From NCBI GenBank assembly GCA_947472885.1, contig CANJBX010000006.1, forward strand, positions 1,510-65,509: a DNA stretch of 64,000 bases, written 5' to 3'. Below the pieces are notes generated by a model, which was not told the DNA's origin, searched no databases, and worked only from the letters and a program-made list of their open reading frames with translations. Origin of the DNA: Hyphomicrobiaceae bacterium. GTDB lineage: Bacteria; Pseudomonadota; Alphaproteobacteria; Rhizobiales; Xanthobacteraceae. The first letter of the stretch is position 1; each line of letters begins with the position of its first letter. Shown here piece after piece: positions 60,732 to 64,000 of the stretch. The position numbers were made by a program, and so were the translations under genes.

Positions 60732-62297
60732 ATGACGATATCGAAGCCCGAAAACATCATTGCCGGCAAGAAACGGCCATTCACGGGCAAGGAATATCTC
60801 GAAAGCCTCCGTGACGAGCGGGAAGTCTATATTTACGGCGAGCGGGTCAAAGACGTGACCACCCATCCTGCATTCCGCAACGCAGCACGCACCATTGGCA
60901 AGCTCTATGACGCGCTGCACGACCCGGCGCAGCAGGCCGTGCTGACCTGCCCAACCGACACTGGTAACGGCGGTTTCACCCACAAATTCTTCCGCATCGC
61001 CCGTTCGCGTGAGGAACTGGTCGGCCAGCGCGACGCTATCGCCCATTGGGCGCGCATGTCCTACGGCTGGATGGGGCGCACGCCGGACTACAAGGCGTCG
61101 CTGATGAACACGCTGGGCGCGCATTCCGAGTTCTACGGCAAGTTCGCCGACAACGCGAAGCACTGGTACAAGCACGCGCAGGACCACGTCCTGTTCATGA
61201 ACCACGCCATCGTCAATCCGCCGGTCGACCGCGCCAAGGCGGCCGAGCAGGTCAAGGATGTGTTCATCACCATCCAGAAGGAAACCGACGCCGGCATGTA
61301 CGTGTCGGGTGCCAAGGTGGTCGCGACCTCATCGGCGCTGACGCACTACAACTTTCTCGGTCAAAACGCCGCCATGCCGATCAACGATTCCGATCTGGCG
61401 GTCATGTTTATCGCGCCGATGAACGCGCCGGGCGTCAAGCTGTTCTGCCGTACATCCTATGAGATGATGTCGAGCGTGATGGGCACGCCGTTCGATTACC
61501 CGCTGTCGTCACGTTTTGACGAGAATGACGCGATCTTCGTTTTCGATAATGTGCTGATCCCGTGGGAGAACGTGCTGGTTCACCGCGACATCGAGAAGAT
61601 CAAGACCTTCTATCCGCGCTCGGGCTTCGTGAACGGTTTTCAGTTCCAGGGCTGTACCCGCCTTGCCGTGAAGCTGGATTTCCTGGTCGGCGTCATTGCC
61701 AAGGCACTGAAGGCCGCCGGTACTGACGACTTCCGCGGCAATCAGGCCATGCTGGGTGAAGTCATCGCGTGGCGTAACCTGTTCTGGGCGATGACCGATG
61801 CGATGGCGCTCAATCCGGTGCCGTGGCATGGCGACGCGGTGCTGCCGAACGCGCAGTCAGGCGCCAGCTATCGGGTGTTCGCGGGCGATGCCTACGGCCG
61901 CGTCAAGGAAATCGTCGAGAAGATCATCGCGTCGTCGCTGATCTATCTGCCGTCGTCGGCCAAGGACTTTCACAACCCGGAGATCGACAAGTATCTCGCG
62001 CAATACGTGCGGGGTTCGAATGGCATCGGCCACCGCGAGCGCATCAAGATCATGAAGCTGCTGTGGGATGCCATCGGCACCGAGTTTGGCGGCCGCCATG
62101 AGCTTTATGAGATGAATTACGCTGGCAACCACGAGGACATCCGCATCCAGGCGCTGTTCAACGCCAAGGGTTCGGGGGCGATGGACCAGATGGTCGCCAT
62201 GGCCGACAAGTGCATGGCCGACTACGACGAAAACGGCTGGACGGACAAGACGTGGCTCAACCCGGACGATGTCGCCTATAAGTATGACAACAGCTAA
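60732..62297 (+). CDS. hpaB: 4-hydroxyphenylacetate 3-monooxygenase oxygenase component (HpaB family)
   Basis: 521 aa. ..FTGKEYLESLRDEREVYIYGERVKDVTTHPAFRN..WARMSYGWMGRTPDYKA.. Confidence 0.9.
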   Translation: MTISKPENIIAGKKRPFTGKEYLESLRDEREVYIYGERVKDVTTHPAFRNAARTIGKLYDALHDPAQQAVLTCPTDTGNGGFTHKFFRIARSREELVGQRDAIAHWARMSYGWMGRTPDYKASLMNTLGAHSEFYGKFADNAKHWYKHAQDHVLFMNHAIVNPPVDRAKAAEQVKDVFITIQKETDAGMYVSGAKVVATSSALTHYNFLGQNAAMPINDSDLAVMFIAPMNAPGVKLFCRTSYEMMSSVMGTPFDYPLSSRFDENDAIFVFDNVLIPWENVLVHRDIEKIKTFYPRSGFVNGFQFQGCTRLAVKLDFLVGVIAKALKAAGTDDFRGNQAMLGEVIAWRNLFWAMTDAMALNPVPWHGDAVLPNAQSGASYRVFAGDAYGRVKEIVEKIIASSLIYLPSSAKDFHNPEIDKYLAQYVRGSNGIGHRERIKIMKLLWDAIGTEFGGRHELYEMNYAGNHEDIRIQALFNAKGSGAMDQMVAMADKCMADYDENGWTDKTWLNPDDVAYKYDNS

Positions 62298-62365
62298 AAG
62301 CCGGAATAACGGCTATGCCCACTGGTTCTGCCCACCCGGCCCAAAAAGGGGTTACAGTGGGAATC

Positions 62366-62923
62366 ATGAACTGGCGAGATCAACGACCTGACGATGCCAT
62401 GGTGGGGGCCTTCGAGGCTTTCCCACCGGCCCCTGCGACCTTGGCGGTTGAGCAGCCCCTGTTCCGCGAGGCCATGAGCCGCTACGGCGCGGCGGTGCAC
62501 GTCATCACCACCGATGGCCCGGCAGGTAAGACCGGCTTCACCGCGACTGCGGTGTGTTCGGTCACGGACGATCCGCCGACGTTGCTGGTCTGTCTCAACC
62601 GCAAGAGCCAGGGCACGCCGGTACTTACCGCGAACGGCGTGTTCTGCGTGAATACGCTCGCCTACAACGACGAGGCGCTTTCCAACGTGTTCGCCGGACG
62701 CACCGGCGCAAAACTGGCGGAGCGCTTTAACGTCGGTGACTGGATGAAGCTCTCAACCGGCGCGCCGGCATTGGCGTCTGCGATTGTCGCGTGTGATTGC
62801 CGCGTGACCGAAATCAATTCGGTCGGAACGCACAACGTCATCTTCGGTGTGGTGCAGGCGGTGCGACTCGGCCCTGCCGATCCCGCGCTCGTCTATCATG
62901 GACGAATCTACAAGTCGGTGTGA
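62366..62923 (+). CDS. hpaC: Flavin reductase (HpaC-like)
   Basis: ..FREAMSRYGAAVHVITTDGPAGKTGFTATAVCSVTDDPPTLLVCLN.. Confidence 0.85.
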   Translation: MNWRDQRPDDAMVGAFEAFPPAPATLAVEQPLFREAMSRYGAAVHVITTDGPAGKTGFTATAVCSVTDDPPTLLVCLNRKSQGTPVLTANGVFCVNTLAYNDEALSNVFAGRTGAKLAERFNVGDWMKLSTGAPALASAIVACDCRVTEINSVGTHNVIFGVVQAVRLGPADPALVYHGRIYKSV

Positions 62924-63128
62924 GGCGCGATTTAATGTCGCGCTGCGATACGCGCGGCATCATGAAACCGCCGTCGCAAAATAGTTTCATCAAATCAATA
63001 CGGCGGCGGTAATGGATTCTTGCCGAGCAACAAAACGTGCGGCGTGAATGTCGCGATTGCGCCTCCCCGTGAACAAAATCGGGAGTTAGGATTTAGGTGT
63101 GATGGGGCAGGGCAATCGGAGAGAAACG

Positions 63129-63314
63129 ATGACTCAGCAGAACAACCAGAACAATCAAGACCAGCAGAACCAGCAGGGTGGCCAGCAGAAGCCCGGCCAA
63201 CAGCAGCAGCAGGGCGGGCAGAGCAAGCCTGGCCAGCAGCAGCAGGGCAACGACCAGAACAAGCAAGGCGGGCAGCAGGGTGCCCAGCGCGGCACCGGCG
63301 GCCAGAGCCGCTAA
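63129..63314 (+). CDS. 61-aa Gln/Asn/Gly-rich low-complexity protein
   Basis: MTQQNNQNNQDQQNQQGGQQKPGQQQQQGGQSKPGQQQQGNDQNKQGGQQGAQRGTGGQSR. GGAGAGA RBS 5 nt upstream and a strong terminator 22 nt downstream. Confidence 0.6.
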   Translation: MTQQNNQNNQDQQNQQGGQQKPGQQQQQGGQSKPGQQQQGNDQNKQGGQQGAQRGTGGQSR

Positions 63315-63335
63315 CTGCAGCCAAGCCTTTCGGTG

Positions 63336-63372
63336 AAAAAAGGGCCTCCGCTTCGGCGGGGGCTTCTTTTTT
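63336..63372 (+). terminator. Rho-independent terminator (GCCTCCGC-ttcg-GCGGGGGC + TTCTTTTTT)
   Basis: Read directly. Confidence 0.8.
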
Positions 63373-63455
63373 GCAGTGCAATTTGGCGGGTAAAAGTTTT
63401 CCGCGTGCGCAAGCTGCGCTTTTACTCTGCCTGCCGCGCGGCATAGACTTGGAAC

Positions 63456-64000
63456 ATGCCTGCCGTTTCAGCCGCAACCGCATTGCCGCTTTTCCATCTG
63501 TACGGCGATCCGCCGGACGATCAGGCATTTGACTTCATTCACATCGAAACGATCTCGTCGCGCTCGGCGCGTCACGACTGGACGATCCGTGCACACCGCC
63601 ACCGCAACCTGTTTCAGTTGGTGGTGATCGCCCAGGGCGGCGGCGAAATGAGTTTCGAGGCGGCGACGCTCGCGCTCGAAGCGCCATGCGCCATTCTGGT
63701 GCCGGCAACGGTCGCGCATGGCTATCGCTTTCGCCCCGATGTGACGGAAGGCTTTGTCCTTAGTTTCACCGAGGAAGAAGCGCGCGGACTTGGCACCCGC
63801 GCAGACAGCGCGCTGGACCGTTTGCGCGCGCTCGCCGTCGAACCCGTTGTCGAACTCGGCGCGCCTGAACTTGAACGTGTGCGGACACTGTGCGCGTCAT
63901 TGCAGGAAGAGAGTTTTCTCGCGCGTGACGGCTACAAGCTCGCCATGCGAGGCTATCTCGCGCTGGTCGCCATCGAGATTGCGCGGCTTGCCGCGAGCCG
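63456..64000 (+). CDS. AraC family transcriptional regulator (HpaA/PobR-like cupin N-terminus), 3' end outside the window
   Basis: My translation from the ATG at 63456: MPAVSAATALPLFHLYGDPPDDQAFDFIHIETISSRSARHDWTIRAHRHRNLFQLVVIAQGGGEM.. It stays open to the window end, so it is absent from the ORF track. Confidence 0.75.
   Translation, partial: MPAVSAATALPLFHLYGDPPDDQAFDFIHIETISSRSARHDWTIRAHRHRNLFQLVVIAQGGGEMSFEAATLALEAPCAILVPATVAHGYRFRPDVTEGFVLSFTEEEARGLGTRADSALDRLRALAVEPVVELGAPELERVRTLCASLQEESFLARDGYKLAMRGYLALVAIEIARLAAS

Noticed and set aside
62995-63532. 177-aa minus-strand ORF and 170-aa plus-strand ORF overlapping the Gln-rich gene.
   Set aside because: They are created by the CAG/CTG-rich repeat DNA and span the terminator hairpin and the promoter region of the AraC gene. 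Only the 61-aa frame has an RBS and a terminator in the right places.

Overview
High-GC chromosomal segment that looks alphaproteobacterial. RecA, AlaS and the Pur proteins, plus several characteristic intergenic palindromic repeats, resemble the Bradyrhizobiaceae/Nitrobacteraceae group (Bradyrhizobium, Rhodopseudomonas, Afipia, Oligotropha). That placement comes from memory of those families, not from a search. The window is mostly core housekeeping: fumA (partial), recA with a double alpha-type SOS box, alaS, two isocitrate dehydrogenases (dimeric-type and monomeric-type), and a purC-purS-purQ-purL-bolA-grxD cluster interrupted by unrelated genes. It also holds rpsD, a TerC-family gene, murI, purB, rpe, ccdA, a livHMGF-(small membrane protein)-SBP operon, and hpaB/hpaC with an AraC-type regulator that runs off the 3' end. 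Between these lie small catabolic or transport modules: two Bug/TctC binding proteins, a MarR-controlled LLM / MetE-like / Fe-S flavoprotein cluster, and an ACAD-fold monooxygenase with a bicupin. I found no rRNA, tRNA, CRISPR array, transposase or integrase. The clearest accessory region is a visibly AT-richer islet at about 47.7-50.4 kb, punctuated by copies of a palindromic repeat. It carries an orphan binding protein, a HepT/MNT toxin-antitoxin pair, and a HigA-type antitoxin coupled to an unrelated 148-aa membrane-anchored protein instead of HigB. That last pair is my best candidate for something undescribed. Other points worth a second look: an in-frame TAA splitting a CelD-like GNAT gene; a TrmJ-like methyltransferase fused to a degenerate DUF559 domain; two Cys-rich exported proteins translationally coupled inside the pur operon; a single-Cys arylmalonate-decarboxylase-like gene between purC and purS; a 61-aa Gln/Asn/Gly-rich protein; an unlisted CxxC zinc-ribbon ORF; and several repeat or hairpin families. 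Many long ORFs in the six-frame track are antisense shadows typical of high-GC DNA and were not called. Start codons are often uncertain by a few codons. Stop codons are included in CDS coordinates.
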